Assembly: GCA_963785725.1 (NCBI GenBank)
Contig: CAWAWS010000008.1
Span: forward strand, 32,001 to 96,000
Direction of reading: 5' to 3'
Source: an uncultured delta proteobacterium
GTDB lineage: Bacteria > Myxococcota_A > Polyangia > Palsa-1104
DNA length: 64,000 nucleotides
Shown here: positions 42,766 to 53,958 of the stretch, piece after piece
Layout: every line of letters begins with the position of its first letter
Position numbering within the stretch: the stretch's first letter is position 1
Program-made: the position numbers and the translations under genes
Notes under the pieces: generated by a model
Seen by the model: only the letters and a program-made list of their open reading frames with translations
What the model was told of the DNA's origin: nothing
Databases searched by the model: none

Positions 42766-43716
42766 TTACGGCACGAACACGACGCGCTCGCCCGACGCCG
42801 ACGCCGCCGACCACTGCGCGGCGACCTCGGCCAGCGGCACCACGCGCGCGGCGACGTCGAGCTTGCCGGCGGCGAACGCGCTCACGATCGCGGGCGCCGT
42901 GCCGAACATGTCGGCCGTGCTCGTCGCGCCCTGTCCGCTGCCGAGCACGTGCAGGTTACGCTTGCGCAGCAGCACCGACGACAGCGCGATCTCGTCGCCG
43001 GCCGCCGATCCGATGAGCACCCAATGCAGCGCCCGCTCCTCGGCGCGACGCCGGCGGCACAGCATCGGCAGCACCGCCGACGTCACGGTTCCCCACAAAT
43101 AGTCGAGCACGACGTCGACTTCGCTGGCCGCCTCGGCGACGGCGGCACCATCCTCCGGCGTGCCCGTCAGCCGCACGATGCGATCGGCCCCGCGCGCCGC
43201 CACGCGCTCGAGCGCCGCCGCGTCGCGACCGGCGGCGACGACATGGCCGGCGCCCAATTCCTTGGCGATCTGCACCGCCAGCTGCCCCGACGTCCCGGTC
43301 GCGCCCAAGACGAGCACGCGCTGACCCGCCTGCAGCGCCACGCGCTTCGTCAGCGCCACCCACGACGAGATCGCCGGCAACATGAGCGCCGCCACCGCCG
43401 TCGCGCTGACGTCGTCGGGCAGCGGCACCATCAGGCGCGGCTCGGCCAGCGTGCGCTCCGCCATCGTCCCGAAGGCGTCGTTCGCGGCCAAGAAGTAGAC
43501 CCGTCGACCATCCGCCAGCCGGCCGACGCCGTCGATGCCGGGCACGAGCGGCAGCGCGCCGCTGCTCGTGTAGTGCTGCCCCGACGCGCCCGAGCGCACG
43601 CGCGGCGACAGCGCCGCCGCCAGCACCGCGACCGGCACGCCCTCGGCTTGGGCCGGCAGCTCGATCGCGTCGTAACGCGGACCCTGTCGGAAATCTCGTA
43701 TGACGGCGGCTTTCAT
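42766..43716 (-). CDS. MDR-family (zinc-binding dehydrogenase/quinone oxidoreductase-like) oxidoreductase
   Basis: AAGGAG RBS; MKAAV, PLVPGIDGVG, VLVLGATGTSG and DVVLDYLWG motifs. Confidence 0.9.
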   Translation of the reverse strand: MKAAVIRDFRQGPRYDAIELPAQAEGVPVAVLAAALSPRVRSGASGQHYTSSGALPLVPGIDGVGRLADGRRVYFLAANDAFGTMAERTLAEPRLMVPLPDDVSATAVAALMLPAISSWVALTKRVALQAGQRVLVLGATGTSGQLAVQIAKELGAGHVVAAGRDAAALERVAARGADRIVRLTGTPEDGAAVAEAASEVDVVLDYLWGTVTSAVLPMLCRRRRAEERALHWVLIGSAAGDEIALSSVLLRKRNLHVLGSGQGATSTADMFGTAPAIVSAFAAGKLDVAARVVPLAEVAAQWSAASASGERVVFVP

Positions 43717-43730
43717 GGCATGCTCCTTTG

Positions 43731-43767
43731 GTTCGTTATGCGAACTAAAGTAGTTCGTGCCACGAAC
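43731..43767. promoter_or_regulatory. Tandem palindromic operators GTTCG-N5-CGAAC (probable MarR sites)
   Basis: GTTCGttatgCGAAC at 43731-43745 and GTTCGtgccaCGAAC at 43753-43767, in the 53-bp divergent gap. Confidence 0.75.
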
Positions 43768-43769
43768 CA

Positions 43770-44222
43770 ATGCAAGAGGAAAAGCGCTTGGCCAAACCCG
43801 AACCCTCGCTCGTCGATGCTCTGTTTCAGCTGTCGTTCCTCTTGCAAGGACGCCTGGCGCGCCTGGCGGCCGTGCACGAGCTGTCGCTGATTCAGGTGCG
43901 GCTGCTCGGCATCTTGCGCGATCGCGAGCCGGGCATGCTCGAGCTGGCGCGCTATTTGGAGCTGGAGAAGAGCAGCTTGAGCGGCCTCGTCGATCGGGCC
44001 GAGGCGCGCGGGCTCGTCGAGCGCGTGCCGTCGCCCGACGACCGCCGCGCGACGACGGTGCGCATGACGACGCGCGGGCACCAGTTGTCGCGCGCGGTCG
44101 CCGAGACGATCGGCGCCGAGGTCGAGTCGCTGTTGGCGGTGCTGCCGGAGAAAGAGCGCGCGCGGCTGGGCACGCTCGTCGCGCGCATCGTCATGCAGCC
44201 GGGCCTGACGCTCGACGACTGA
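43770..44222 (+). CDS. MarR family transcriptional regulator
   Basis: ELARYLELEKSSLSGLVDRAEARGLVER.PSPDDRR. Confidence 0.92.
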   Translation: MQEEKRLAKPEPSLVDALFQLSFLLQGRLARLAAVHELSLIQVRLLGILRDREPGMLELARYLELEKSSLSGLVDRAEARGLVERVPSPDDRRATTVRMTTRGHQLSRAVAETIGAEVESLLAVLPEKERARLGTLVARIVMQPGLTLDD

Positions 44223-44417
44223 CGCGCGTCGCCGCCGGCCGAGCCGGATCCGACGACGCGGCCGGCGCGGCTCAGGCGCGGCAACGCCAGCGTCGCCGCC
44301 GCCCGGCGGCCAATCGTGACGCTCTTTTTTGCGCGCGCCGCGCGAGCGCTGGCCGCACAATCGCAGGCACACTCGGCGGTCGCCGCGCGGCGGCCGCCAC
44401 CACGTCGAGGAGACACG

Positions 44418-44795
44418 ATGGCGCAGGGGAAGAAGGTCCTTCTGATCGGGCTCGATCCGAAGTTCGTCGACTACGCGCATTTGCCGACGCACCTCGACGA
44501 GCCGACGCTGCGCGCGGGCCTGGCGGCCGACGTCCACAAGCTGCGCGACCTCGGGTACGACGCCGAGTGGCTGCTCATCGATCGCGGCGAGACGGCGGTC
44601 GCGGTCGTGACGGCGAGGCTGCAGGCGTTCACCTTCGATGCCGTGCTCATCGGCGCCGGCATCCGCACCATCGCGCCGCTGTTCTCGCTGTTCGAGCGGC
44701 TCGTCAACGTCGTCCACGAGACGGCGCCGCGCTCGAAGATCTGCTTCAACACGCAGCCAGAAGACACGGCCGCCGCCGTCGAACGCTGGGTTTGA
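44418..44795 (+). CDS. Conserved hypothetical protein
   Basis: GAGGAG RBS; DAVLIGAGIR and FERLVNVVH..AP..ICFNT motifs. Confidence 0.75.
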   Translation: MAQGKKVLLIGLDPKFVDYAHLPTHLDEPTLRAGLAADVHKLRDLGYDAEWLLIDRGETAVAVVTARLQAFTFDAVLIGAGIRTIAPLFSLFERLVNVVHETAPRSKICFNTQPEDTAAAVERWV

Positions 44796-45040
44796 CCAGA
44801 ATCGTCGCGGTACGCGCGACGTTTTCGAGCGACGGCGCGTGGTGGTCATGGTCGTGGGTCGTCAAGTAAGTTGACGATGATGGTCAAGTGGGTTGACTAT
44901 CGCGCGAGCTTTTCCGTCAGCGCGCCTTGACAGCCTGAACGCGACGTCTACGCTCGCCAGCCGCTGTGGACGAGGCGTCTACACGACGACGGCGAAACGG
45001 GCAGTTGCGGGCGGCATATGTCTTGCGATGCACCCTGGGC

Positions 45041-45580
45041 ATGCCGCGCATCTGTCGAATCTTCGCTCTGGTCGCCGTCAGTGGCTTGGTCGGCTGCATG
45101 CCGCTCGAGGTCGCCAAGCTCGACCCGCGACCGAACGTCGTCTTCGCCCAGCCGAGCCCGAAGTCGCTCGTGCTGCGCTTGACGCCTGACGTGGCCAAGG
45201 ACGTCGGCATCCACGACAAAGAGACGGACAGCGACGTCCTCGAAGTCCACGAATGGCGCGACACGCTGGCGGGCGGATTCACCAACGCCTTCGCCGGCCA
45301 GTTCAAGTCGCTGCCGGCGGGCGCCACCGCCGATTTGGTGCTCGAGATCCGCCGCGCCGAGGTCGCCATCGCGACCACCGCGGTCGGCGGCCACTACCGC
45401 GCCATCGCCGTTCAGGTGACCTATCAGGCGCGCCTGCTCGACGGCGCCGGCGCGGTGGTGAAGGTGGCGGCGGCGACGGTGGCCTCGAAGCACTCGACCG
45501 ACGAGCGCGCCGAGGTGCCGGACCTCGTCAAGAGCGCGGTCGAGACGATGTTCGAGGATCTGTCGGCCAAGCTGTTCTGA
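45041..45580 (+). CDS. Hypothetical lipoprotein
   Basis: Lipobox GLVGC; preceded by a sigma54-like CGGCATATGTCTTGCG (45012-45027). Confidence 0.7.
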   Translation: MPRICRIFALVAVSGLVGCMPLEVAKLDPRPNVVFAQPSPKSLVLRLTPDVAKDVGIHDKETDSDVLEVHEWRDTLAGGFTNAFAGQFKSLPAGATADLVLEIRRAEVAIATTAVGGHYRAIAVQVTYQARLLDGAGAVVKVAAATVASKHSTDERAEVPDLVKSAVETMFEDLSAKLF

Positions 45581-45611
45581 GCGCGGCGCTCGCCGGCGCG
45601 ACCGCGTCCGC

Positions 45612-46475
45612 TCAGCCGAGCGAGGCCTTGGCGCGCGCGAACACTTCGAGCGGCGTCGTGGTTCCGGCGACCGCCTCCGCGCCCGGCACGCCGAAGTCGA
45701 TCCAGCCCGAGTTGAAGCCGTCCTCCATCTCCTCGAACGCGGCGGTGGTGCCTGGTTTCATGCCTTGCGCCTCCAAGCTCGCGGTCCAGCGCTCGCGCGG
45801 GATCGCCCGCGCCTTGACCGGCCGTGCCAGCACCTCGCCGAGCGCACGCGCCAGATCGTCCGGGCTCAGCCGCGAGCCGAGCTCCACGATCTTTCGGCCG
45901 CTCCAGCCGTCGACGAGCAGCCGCGCCACCTCGCGGCCGATGTCGGCGGTCGCGATCATCGGCACCGCGCGATCCGTCGGCATCAAGTAGGTGTCGAACC
46001 AGCCGCTCGCCGCCGTGTGCAACGCGAACGTGTAGTTCTCGAGGAACGAGCCGGCGCGCACGAACGCCGTCGGAAACGGCACGTCGGCCAGCGCCGCCTC
46101 CAACATGTGCGTCGCCGTGATGTTGCCGAGGCCGTGCGGCTGCTCCGACCCGACCGACGACAACAGCACCAGCCGCGGCGGCGGCGCCGCCTGCAGCGCC
46201 GCGCGGAAGCTGGCCACCACCGCCTTGGCCTCGGGAAACCCCGGCGACGGCGCCACCGGCGGCATCATCAGATAGGCGCCGGCCACGCCCTCGAGCGCCG
46301 CCGCGACCGCGCCGGCATCGTGGAAGTCGCCGCGCCGCACGTCGACGCCGCGCTCGATCCAGGCGGCCGCCTTTTGCGGGTCGCGCGCCAGCGTCCGCAC
46401 GCCGTGACCCTGCGCCAAGAGCAGCCGCGCCGTCGCTCCGCCGACGTGACCGGTAATGCCTGACACGAAGAACAT
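45612..46475 (-). CDS. NmrA-family NAD(P)-binding (atypical SDR) protein
   Basis: GAGGAG RBS; FVSGITGHVGG Rossmann motif; LSSVG and MIATADIG. Confidence 0.9.
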   Translation of the reverse strand: MFFVSGITGHVGGATARLLLAQGHGVRTLARDPQKAAAWIERGVDVRRGDFHDAGAVAAALEGVAGAYLMMPPVAPSPGFPEAKAVVASFRAALQAAPPPRLVLLSSVGSEQPHGLGNITATHMLEAALADVPFPTAFVRAGSFLENYTFALHTAASGWFDTYLMPTDRAVPMIATADIGREVARLLVDGWSGRKIVELGSRLSPDDLARALGEVLARPVKARAIPRERWTASLEAQGMKPGTTAAFEEMEDGFNSGWIDFGVPGAEAVAGTTTPLEVFARAKASLG

Positions 46476-46554
46476 GTTGGATTCTCCTCTCGGCATCTTG
46501 GTAGCGCGAAGCGGTCGGTCGCACTAGTATGACTGGCGGAAAGCGATTGTTGTC

Positions 46555-47520
46555 ATGGATGCAAAAATCAACCTGGATCTGAACGACGTGGCGCTGCTCG
46601 TGCGCGTCGTGCAAGCGCAGAGCTTCTCGGCCGCGGCGCGCGAACGCGGCGTGCCGGTGTCGACGGTGAGCCGGCGCATCGCGCGGCTGGAGGCGGTGCT
46701 CGGCGTCCGCATCCTCGAGCGCACGACGCGTCGCCTGCGCCTGACCGACGCCGGCCGCACCTATTTCGCGCACGCCGAGCGCGCCGTCGACGACTTGGCG
46801 CAAGGCGGCGATCGCGTGCGGCAGCTGCAAAAGGAGCCGCGCGGCCGCGTGCGCGTCTTGGCGCCCATCGCGCTCGGCGCCGCCGTCGCCAGCGTCATCT
46901 ACGGCTATCTGGCGCGTCATCCCGGCGTCTCGATCGACCTCGAGCTCGACGAGCGCCGCGTCGAGCTCACCACCGAAGGCTTCGATCTCGTCATCCTCAC
47001 CGGCAAGGTCGACACCACCGACTTCGTCGCGCGCGAGCTGTGGCAGTCGACGCGCAAGCTGCTCTTCGCCAGCCCGCGCTACTTGGCGGCGCGTGGCACG
47101 CCGCGGCGGCTCGAAGAGCTGGCGCGTCACGACTGCATCGCCACCCGCGCCAGCGACGGCGTCGCGACGTGGACGATCCTACAGGGCCGCCGGCGCCGCC
47201 GGCTCACGTTCGCGCCGCGCTTCTACGTCAGCGAGTTCTCGGCCGCGCATCGCGCCGTGCTCGCCGGCGTCGGCATCGCGCTGTTGCCCGAAGTGCTGTG
47301 CGCCGCGGACGTCGCGAAGAAGCGGCTGGTGCGCGTCCTCGACAGCTGCGAAGGCGAGAAGGGCGGCGTCTATCTCCTCTATCGCGCGCATCGATCGTTG
47401 ACGGCGGCGGTGCGCACCTGCATCGACCACTTCCTGGTCGAGCTGCCCGCCAGCGACCCGACGCGCATCGTGCGCAAGCGAGTCGGCGGCGACGGCCGCG
47501 GCGCGCGCCGGACGTCATGA
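46555..47520 (+). CDS. LysR family transcriptional regulator
   Basis: SFSAAAR..VSTVSRRIARLE..LGVRILERTTRRLRLTDAG; divergent from the NmrA gene. Confidence 0.93.
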   Translation: MDAKINLDLNDVALLVRVVQAQSFSAAARERGVPVSTVSRRIARLEAVLGVRILERTTRRLRLTDAGRTYFAHAERAVDDLAQGGDRVRQLQKEPRGRVRVLAPIALGAAVASVIYGYLARHPGVSIDLELDERRVELTTEGFDLVILTGKVDTTDFVARELWQSTRKLLFASPRYLAARGTPRRLEELARHDCIATRASDGVATWTILQGRRRRRLTFAPRFYVSEFSAAHRAVLAGVGIALLPEVLCAADVAKKRLVRVLDSCEGEKGGVYLLYRAHRSLTAAVRTCIDHFLVELPASDPTRIVRKRVGGDGRGARRTS

Positions 47521-48437
47521 CGCGCGTCGCCGGCGTGATCGTTCGCTTGGCGGTGTTGGCGGTCCTCGCCGCCGCCGCGTCGCCGGCGCGCGCGGGCGAG
47601 CGCGAGCCGCCCTGTGGCGCGCCGTTGCCGACGGTGGATGCCGTCGGTCAGTGCCTGGGCGCGTCGGTGCGCAATCCCGGTCCGTGGAGCGTGCTGGCAA
47701 CGACGCCATCGGCGCGGCTCGTTCGCGCCGGCAATCCGCTGGGGCCGACCGTGTTCGTCGTCGCCATGCGCGGCAGCGGTTGGGCCGCCGTGGCCGAGGT
47801 GGAGTCGGAGCCGGGGCAGGGCCCGCGTCGGGCCGAGCTGCGCGCGGGCGCGGCCGCCGAGACGTCGATCGGCGCGCACGTGGTCACGCGCTTCGACGTC
47901 CACGTCGACGACGAGCGCGACGCCGCCGTCGAGCTGGCCGGCGAGCGCAGCATCCTGTGCGTCATCGACGGCCGCTGCCTCGACGTGACCACCGACTGCC
48001 AGGCCACGCGCACGACCGGCAAAGACAGCCGTTCGGTCGGCCAAGCGCAAGGCCGCGTCTCGGGACGCGCGCAGCTCGGCGCCGACGGGCTCGTCACGCT
48101 GACGGCGCTGACGGTCGACGATCCGGCGCGCCTGTGCGCGCGGTCGCCGGCGGCGCAGCGCTTGTGGAGCGAGCCGCCCGCGGCCGCCGATCGGCCGCGC
48201 TGGACGGCGCCGCGCGCCTGCACGGTCGTGGCGGCGCGCGCCTATTTCCGCGATCCGCTGGCGCTGACGCCGCTGCGCGCTTACGTGCTGGCGGGCGATC
48301 GCGTCGAGGTGAGCGATCGCGGCGACGGGGATCCGAGCTACGTCGTCGCCCGCTATCAAGGCGCGAAGAAGCTGACCATCGGCGTGCTCGACGCCAAGAG
48401 CCTCGACTGCGCGGCGCCGAAGCCTGCCGCTAAGTAG
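47517..48437 (+). CDS. Secreted hypothetical protein, with a possible SH3-like C-terminal domain
   Basis: Signal peptide ending PARA; C-terminal RAYF...RAYVLAGDRVEV. Confidence 0.6.
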   Translation: MTRVAGVIVRLAVLAVLAAAASPARAGEREPPCGAPLPTVDAVGQCLGASVRNPGPWSVLATTPSARLVRAGNPLGPTVFVVAMRGSGWAAVAEVESEPGQGPRRAELRAGAAAETSIGAHVVTRFDVHVDDERDAAVELAGERSILCVIDGRCLDVTTDCQATRTTGKDSRSVGQAQGRVSGRAQLGADGLVTLTALTVDDPARLCARSPAAQRLWSEPPAAADRPRWTAPRACTVVAARAYFRDPLALTPLRAYVLAGDRVEVSDRGDGDPSYVVARYQGAKKLTIGVLDAKSLDCAAPKPAAK

Positions 48438-48837
48438 GATCTTGGTCGTACGTCTGCACGTCGGGCGGCAGTCGCACCCACGCGTGGCGACGCGAGTCGT
48501 AGACGGAGTCTCGCGGCGCGGGAAAGCTGGGATCGGCGAAGGCGCCGACGGCGACCGAGACCGACGCGCGGGCGTCGCCGTCTTCGGTGTGAAAGACGCT
48601 CGTGCCGCAGATCGGGCAGAAGCGAAAGCGGAACTGGGCGCCGTGGTCGCCGACGCGTACGTACTCGGTGGCGCGGCCGCTGACTTCGTAAGGCGCGGCG
48701 AAGCTGGCGAGCGCGGCGAAGACGCTGCCCGTGCGCCGCTGACAGGCGAGGCAGTGGCAGACGCCGACGCCGAGCGGCTCGCCGTGAACGTCGATGCGCA
48801 GCTGGCCGCAGGAACAGGAGGCGGTTCGACTGACCAT
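48430..48837 (-). CDS. GFA/CENP-V family zinc protein
   Basis: ASCSCGQL, CHCLACQRRTGS and FCPICGT motifs. Confidence 0.9.
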   Translation of the reverse strand: MVSRTASCSCGQLRIDVHGEPLGVGVCHCLACQRRTGSVFAALASFAAPYEVSGRATEYVRVGDHGAQFRFRFCPICGTSVFHTEDGDARASVSVAVGAFADPSFPAPRDSVYDSRRHAWVRLPPDVQTYDQDPT

Positions 48838-48945
48838 GAGCACCTCGTGAATTCGCGGCGCGCGACGCTCGGCCACGCCCGCCGGGTTCGGGCAGCATAG
48901 CGCGTTCGCCGCGGAATAATCGCGCCGCCGCTCCGTTGATCGGCC

Positions 48946-49446
48946 ATGCCCTTCCGCGTCGTCGACGGCGATCTGTTGGAGCAGCCGGCCGACGCCATCG
49001 TCAACGCCTGGAATCGCAATGTCATCCCGTGGTGGCTGCTGATTCCGCAAGGCGTCGCGGGCGCGATCAAGCGGCGCGCCGGCCTGGCGCCGTTTCGCGA
49101 GCTCGCGCGTCACGGCCCGATCGCGCTCGGTGAGGCGGTCGTCACCGGCGCTGGGCGGCTCGCCTGTCGCGCCATCATCCACGTCGCCGGCATCGACCTC
49201 TTGTGGCGCGCGTCCGAGCGCTCCATTCGCGGCTCGGTGCGCAGCGCCGTCGCGCTCGCCGTCGCGCATGGTCACGCGCGCCTGGCCATGCCCGTCATCG
49301 GCGCCGGCTCGGGCGGCTTCGGCGAGGCGGCCGCGCTCGCCCTCATCCTCGACGAGCTGCGTCGGCTCGATGCCGCCACGGACGTGACGGTCGTTCGCTA
49401 TCGTAGACCGGCGCGTGCAGATTCAGCGCGCTCGCTGATAAGCTGA
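48946..49446 (+). CDS. Macro domain protein
   Basis: GDLL..ADAIVNA, GVAGAI, TGAGRL..IIHVAG and PVIGAGSGG motifs. Confidence 0.88.
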   Translation: MPFRVVDGDLLEQPADAIVNAWNRNVIPWWLLIPQGVAGAIKRRAGLAPFRELARHGPIALGEAVVTGAGRLACRAIIHVAGIDLLWRASERSIRGSVRSAVALAVAHGHARLAMPVIGAGSGGFGEAAALALILDELRRLDAATDVTVVRYRRPARADSARSLIS

Positions 49447-49520
49447 ATAGTCAGCGATCTCGCTCGATTCCAGCATCGGCGAGCGGGCTCAGGTGCGGCG
49501 CTGATGCTAAAATCGAGGGT

Positions 49521-52500
49521 ATGGCGGACGCGCAGGCGGGCACGCTCGATTGGCTCCGCGGCGGCGGCGAGATGGCGGAGCTCATCCGCACCATCGACTG
49601 GTCGGCGACGCCGCTCGGCCCCATCGACAGCTGGCCGCAGAGCCTGCGCACCACCGTCAGCCTCTGCTTGTCGTCCAACTTCCCCATCAACGTCTTGTGG
49701 GGCCCGCAAGCGATTCAGATTTACAACGACGGCTATCGCATCGTCTGCGGCGACGCGCATCCGCGCACCATGGGCGAGTCTTACGCCGTGTCGTGGGCGT
49801 CGGCGTGGCCGGTCATCGGCGAGCCGTTCGAGCGCGCCCGACGCGGCCAGACGTCGTACCTCGAGAACCAGCGCATGTTCTTGAACCGCAACGGCTACCT
49901 CGAGGAGACCTTCTTTACCTTCTCGCTCAGCCCCATTCGCGACGAGGCGGGTGGCATCGCCGGCCTCTTTCACCCGGTGACCGAGACCACGCCGACGATG
50001 CTGTCGGAGCGGCGCACGCGCGTCTTGCGCGACGCCGCCAGCAAAGCCAGCCACGGCAAGACCGTGCGCGCGGCGGTCGACCTGGCGCTGCGCACGCTGG
50101 CCGAAGATCGCCTCGATCTGCCGTTCGTGCTCGTCTACCTCTACGAAGACGGCGCCCACGATGAACCGGCCGAGCCGCGGCTCGCCGGTCACATCGGGCT
50201 GCCCGACGCGGCGGCGGCGGCGCTGGAGGCGCGCGCACCGTCGCAGACGTGGCCGCTCGCCGCCGTCCTGGTCGCGCGGCGCGCGCAGCTCGTCGACGGC
50301 GTGGCGGCGCGCATCGGGGCCGTTCCCTGCGCGGAATATCCCGAGCCGACGGCGCGCGCGCTGGTCGTGCCCATCGCCGCCGCCGGCAGCGCCGGCGGTG
50401 ACCGGCCGGCGGGCTTCGTCGTCGCCGGGCTGAGCACGCGGCTGCCTTACGACGAACGCTACGAGAGCTTCCTCGAGATGATGACGAGCGCGATCGGCGC
50501 GGCCATCACCAACGCGCGCGTCTCCGAAGACGAGCAGCAGCGCCTCGCGCAGCTGGCGGCCATCGACAAGGCCAAGACGGCGTTCTTCAGCAACGTCAGC
50601 CACGAATTTCGCACGCCGCTGACGCTGATGTTGGGCCCGCTCGAAGACTCGCTGCGCGAGCTGACCGACGCCGACGACGCCGCCAAACGCGCCCGTCAGC
50701 AGCTCATCTACAACAACGCCAAGCGGCTCTTGAAGCTCGTCAATTCGCTGCTCGAGTTCTCGCGGCTGGAAGCGGGGCGGGCGGCGGCGCAGTTTCGGCC
50801 GACGGCGCTGGCGCAGCGGACGAGCCAGCTGGCGGCGATGTTCGAGTCGACGCTGGAGCGCGCCGGGTTGAAGCTGGTCGTCGAGTGCGCGCCGCTGCCG
50901 GAGCCGGTGTGGGTCGATCGGCAGATGTGGGAGAAGATCGTCCTCAACCTGTTGTCGAACGCCTTCAAGTTCACGCACGCGGGTGAGATTCGGGTGTCGC
51001 TGAAGGCCGCGGGCGACGTCGTCGAGCTGCGCGTCAGCGACACCGGCGTCGGCATTCCCGCGCCCGAGCTGCCGCGCGTGTTCGAGCGCTTCCACCGCGT
51101 CGAAGGCACGCGCGGGCGCAGCTACGAAGGCAGCGGCATCGGCCTCGCGCTGATTCAGGAGCTGGTGCGACTGCACCGCGGCAGCGTCCGCGTCGAGAGC
51201 GAGGTCGGGCGCGGCTCCTCGTTCATCGTCACCATCCCGCGCGGCAAGGGCCACCTGCCGCACGACGGCCTCAGCGACGACGACGCCGAGGACGCGGGCG
51301 AGACGTCCGACAACGCCTTCGTGCTCGAGGCGTCGAGCTGGCTGCCGCGCGGGTTGCCGGCCGGTGCCGCGGTCGCGACGCCGAGCGGTCACGCCCCGGC
51401 CGCGACGATGGCTGCCGTCGGTCCGCGCCCGCGCATCGTCGTCGCCGACGACAACGACGACATGCGCGGCTACATCCACAGCCTGCTCGCGCCCCGCTTC
51501 GACGTCACCGTCATGACCGACGGCCAAGCCGCGCTCGACGAGATCCGCCGCGCGCCGCCCGACCTCATCCTCTCCGACGTCATGATGCCGCGCCTCGACG
51601 GCTTCGCGCTGATTCGCGCCGTGCGCGGCGATCGCGCGCTGAGCGCCATCCCCATCGTGCTCTTGTCGGCGCGCGCCGGCGACGAGTCGCGCGTCGACGG
51701 GATCGCCGCCGGCGCCGACGACTATCTGGTCAAGCCCTTCGCCAGCCAGGAGCTGTTGGCGAAGCTGCAGACGCTCCTGGTGCTCGGTCGGCTGCGCGAA
51801 AAGGTGCAAGAAGATCGGCTCTACTCGGTGTTCGCGCAGACGTCGGTCGGCATCTGCGTGCTGCAAGGGCCGGAGCACGTGTTCCGCCTCGCCAATCCGA
51901 CCTACGTGAGGACGCTGTTCGTAGACCGCGACCTCGTCGGCAAGCCGGTGCGCGAGGCGGTGCCCGAGCTCGCCGGCCAGGGTTACTACGAGCTGCTCGA
52001 CCGCGTGTACGCGACGGGCGAGCCGTTCGTCGGCAGCGAGTCGCCGCTGGCGCTGCGCCAGGCCGACGGCAGCATGCGCGAGCTCTTCGTCGACTTCGTC
52101 TATCAGCCCAAGCGCTCCTTGCGCGGCGAGGTCGACGGCATCCTCGTCGTCGTCAACGACGTCACCGAGCGCGTGCGCGCGCGGCAGAACGCCGAGCAGC
52201 TGGCCGCCGAGCGCGAAGAGGCGCTGCGCGTGCGCGATGAGTTCTTGGCCGTCGCCTCGCACGAGCTGAAGACGCCGGTGACGTCGCTGAAGCTGCAGGT
52301 CGACATGGCCCGGCGCCGGCTCGGGCGCGATCGTCACGAGCCCTTGCCGCCGGCCAAGCTGGACGCCATCTTCGAGGTGACCTCGAAGCAGGTCGAGCGT
52401 CTGCGCCGCCTGGTCGAGGATCTGCTCGACGTGTCGCGCATTCAGGCCAGCCGCCTCGAGCTCGATCGCGAGCCGACGAGCCTGCGCGCCGTCGTCGACG

Positions 52501-52944
52501 AGGTGCTGGCGCGGCAGGGCAGCGACCTCGCCGCCGCCGGCATCTCCGTCGCCGCCGACGTCTCCAACGACATCGTCGGCCTGTGGGATTGTTCGCGCCT
52601 CGAGCAGGTGGTCGGCAACCTCGTCGGCAACGCCATCAAGTACGCCGCCGGTCGACCGCTGCACGGTGCGCGCCCACGTCGAGCGCGGCTGGCTCGAGCT
52701 GGTCGTGCAAGATTGGGGGCCCGGCATCGCCGCGCGGCGCCAGTCCGCCATCTTCGAGCGGTTCGAGCGCGCCGCGTCGTCGCGTAACCACAGCGGCTTG
52801 GGCCTCGGGCTTTTCATCGTGCGCCGCATCGTCGAAGGTCACGGCGGCACCGTCACCGTGCACAGCGTCGAAGGCGAGGGCGCCACGTTCGTCGTTCGCC
52901 TACCGCTGGCGCCCATTTCGGCCGCGTTGGAGAGCGTCTCTTGA
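49521..52944 (+). CDS. Double histidine kinase (PAS-GAF-HK-REC-PAS-HK), frameshifted near 52665
   Basis: DWSATPLGP..WPQSL; FSNVSHEFRTP; REC SDVMMP; ASHELKTP; CAC(G)GTG shift leads into QDWGPGI...GLGLGL. Confidence 0.88.
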
Positions 52945-53306
52945 GCCAGATCGTCTTGATCGTCGAGGATGACGAGGGCATTCGCGTGTCGCTGGAGGAG
53001 CTGTTGGCGGGCGAGGGCTACGTCGTGCGCACGGCGCAGCACGGCGGTGAAGCGCTGGAGAGCCTGCGCCGCGACGGCGCGCCCGACGTCATCCTGCTCG
53101 ACCTCATGATGCCGTACGTCGACGGGCTGACCTTTCGTGACCAGCAGCGCGCCGCGCAGCTGCACGCCGACGTGCCGGTGCTGGTGATGTCGGCGCACGC
53201 GAACCTGGCGGCGCATCACGAGCGGCTGGCGGCGCAGCGGTACCTCGAGAAGCCGATCGAGATCGACCAGCTGTTGACCGCGATCGAGCACACAATCCGC
53301 GGCTAA
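52941..53306 (+). CDS. Single-domain response regulator
   Basis: LIVEDD, LLDLMMP, MSA and EKP motifs; TTG start after GGAG. Confidence 0.9.
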   Translation: MSQIVLIVEDDEGIRVSLEELLAGEGYVVRTAQHGGEALESLRRDGAPDVILLDLMMPYVDGLTFRDQQRAAQLHADVPVLVMSAHANLAAHHERLAAQRYLEKPIEIDQLLTAIEHTIRG

Positions 53307-53344
53307 CCGCTCGTACCGTGATGACGAGCGAAGGGAGCGCGTCC

Positions 53345-53956
53345 ATGAACGATTGTTTGCGGCCGGCGAGGTCGACCCGTGGCCTCTTGCTCGTGGCGAC
53401 GCTGGTGACGGCCGGGTGCGCGACGGCGCAGCCGTCGGCGGCCGTCGCGACGACGATCGACGGCAGCGGCGACGGCGTCATCGACGGCGGCGTCTATCGC
53501 AACGCGCGGCTCAACCTGCGTGCCGACCTCCCGCGCGGCTTCGGCATCAGCCAGTCGAACCGCGGCGACATCTTTCGCATCGACCGCCGGTCGCCGTCGG
53601 TGGGCCGCGGGTTCTTCGGCTTCTGGCCCCATCCGCCGCAGTCGGACATGACCGATCATTTCATCCAGCAGATCGATGGTGCGCTGCGCGAGCTGGGCAA
53701 ATCCGTCGACCATCCGTGGCAGGAGGTGCCGTCGGTGTTCGGGCGCGGCTGGGCCTGCAGCTGGACGCAGCCGTCGCGGCAAATCAGCGTGCGCCTCGTC
53801 GTCCTGCCCGCGTGCGCCGGCCAGGCGAGCTTGGTGTTCATCGCGTGGTGGAGCGACGCGCCGACACAGGCCGCGCTCGACGACTGGCTGGCGTCGTTCA
53901 AGCCGATCGAGGGCGATCACGACGCGTCCGAGTGCCGGACGCTGCCGCGTCAGTGA
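53345..53956 (+). CDS. Hypothetical lipoprotein
   Basis: GGGAG RBS; lipobox VTAGC. Confidence 0.65.
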   Translation: MNDCLRPARSTRGLLLVATLVTAGCATAQPSAAVATTIDGSGDGVIDGGVYRNARLNLRADLPRGFGISQSNRGDIFRIDRRSPSVGRGFFGFWPHPPQSDMTDHFIQQIDGALRELGKSVDHPWQEVPSVFGRGWACSWTQPSRQISVRLVVLPACAGQASLVFIAWWSDAPTQAALDDWLASFKPIEGDHDASECRTLPRQ

Positions 53957-53958
53957 CG

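Noticed and set aside
48430..49446. Macro domain gene as part of an ADP-ribosylation toxin-antitoxin or defence system
   Set aside because: No ADP-ribosyltransferase, sirtuin or other defence gene is adjacent; the divergent neighbour is a GFA-family protein
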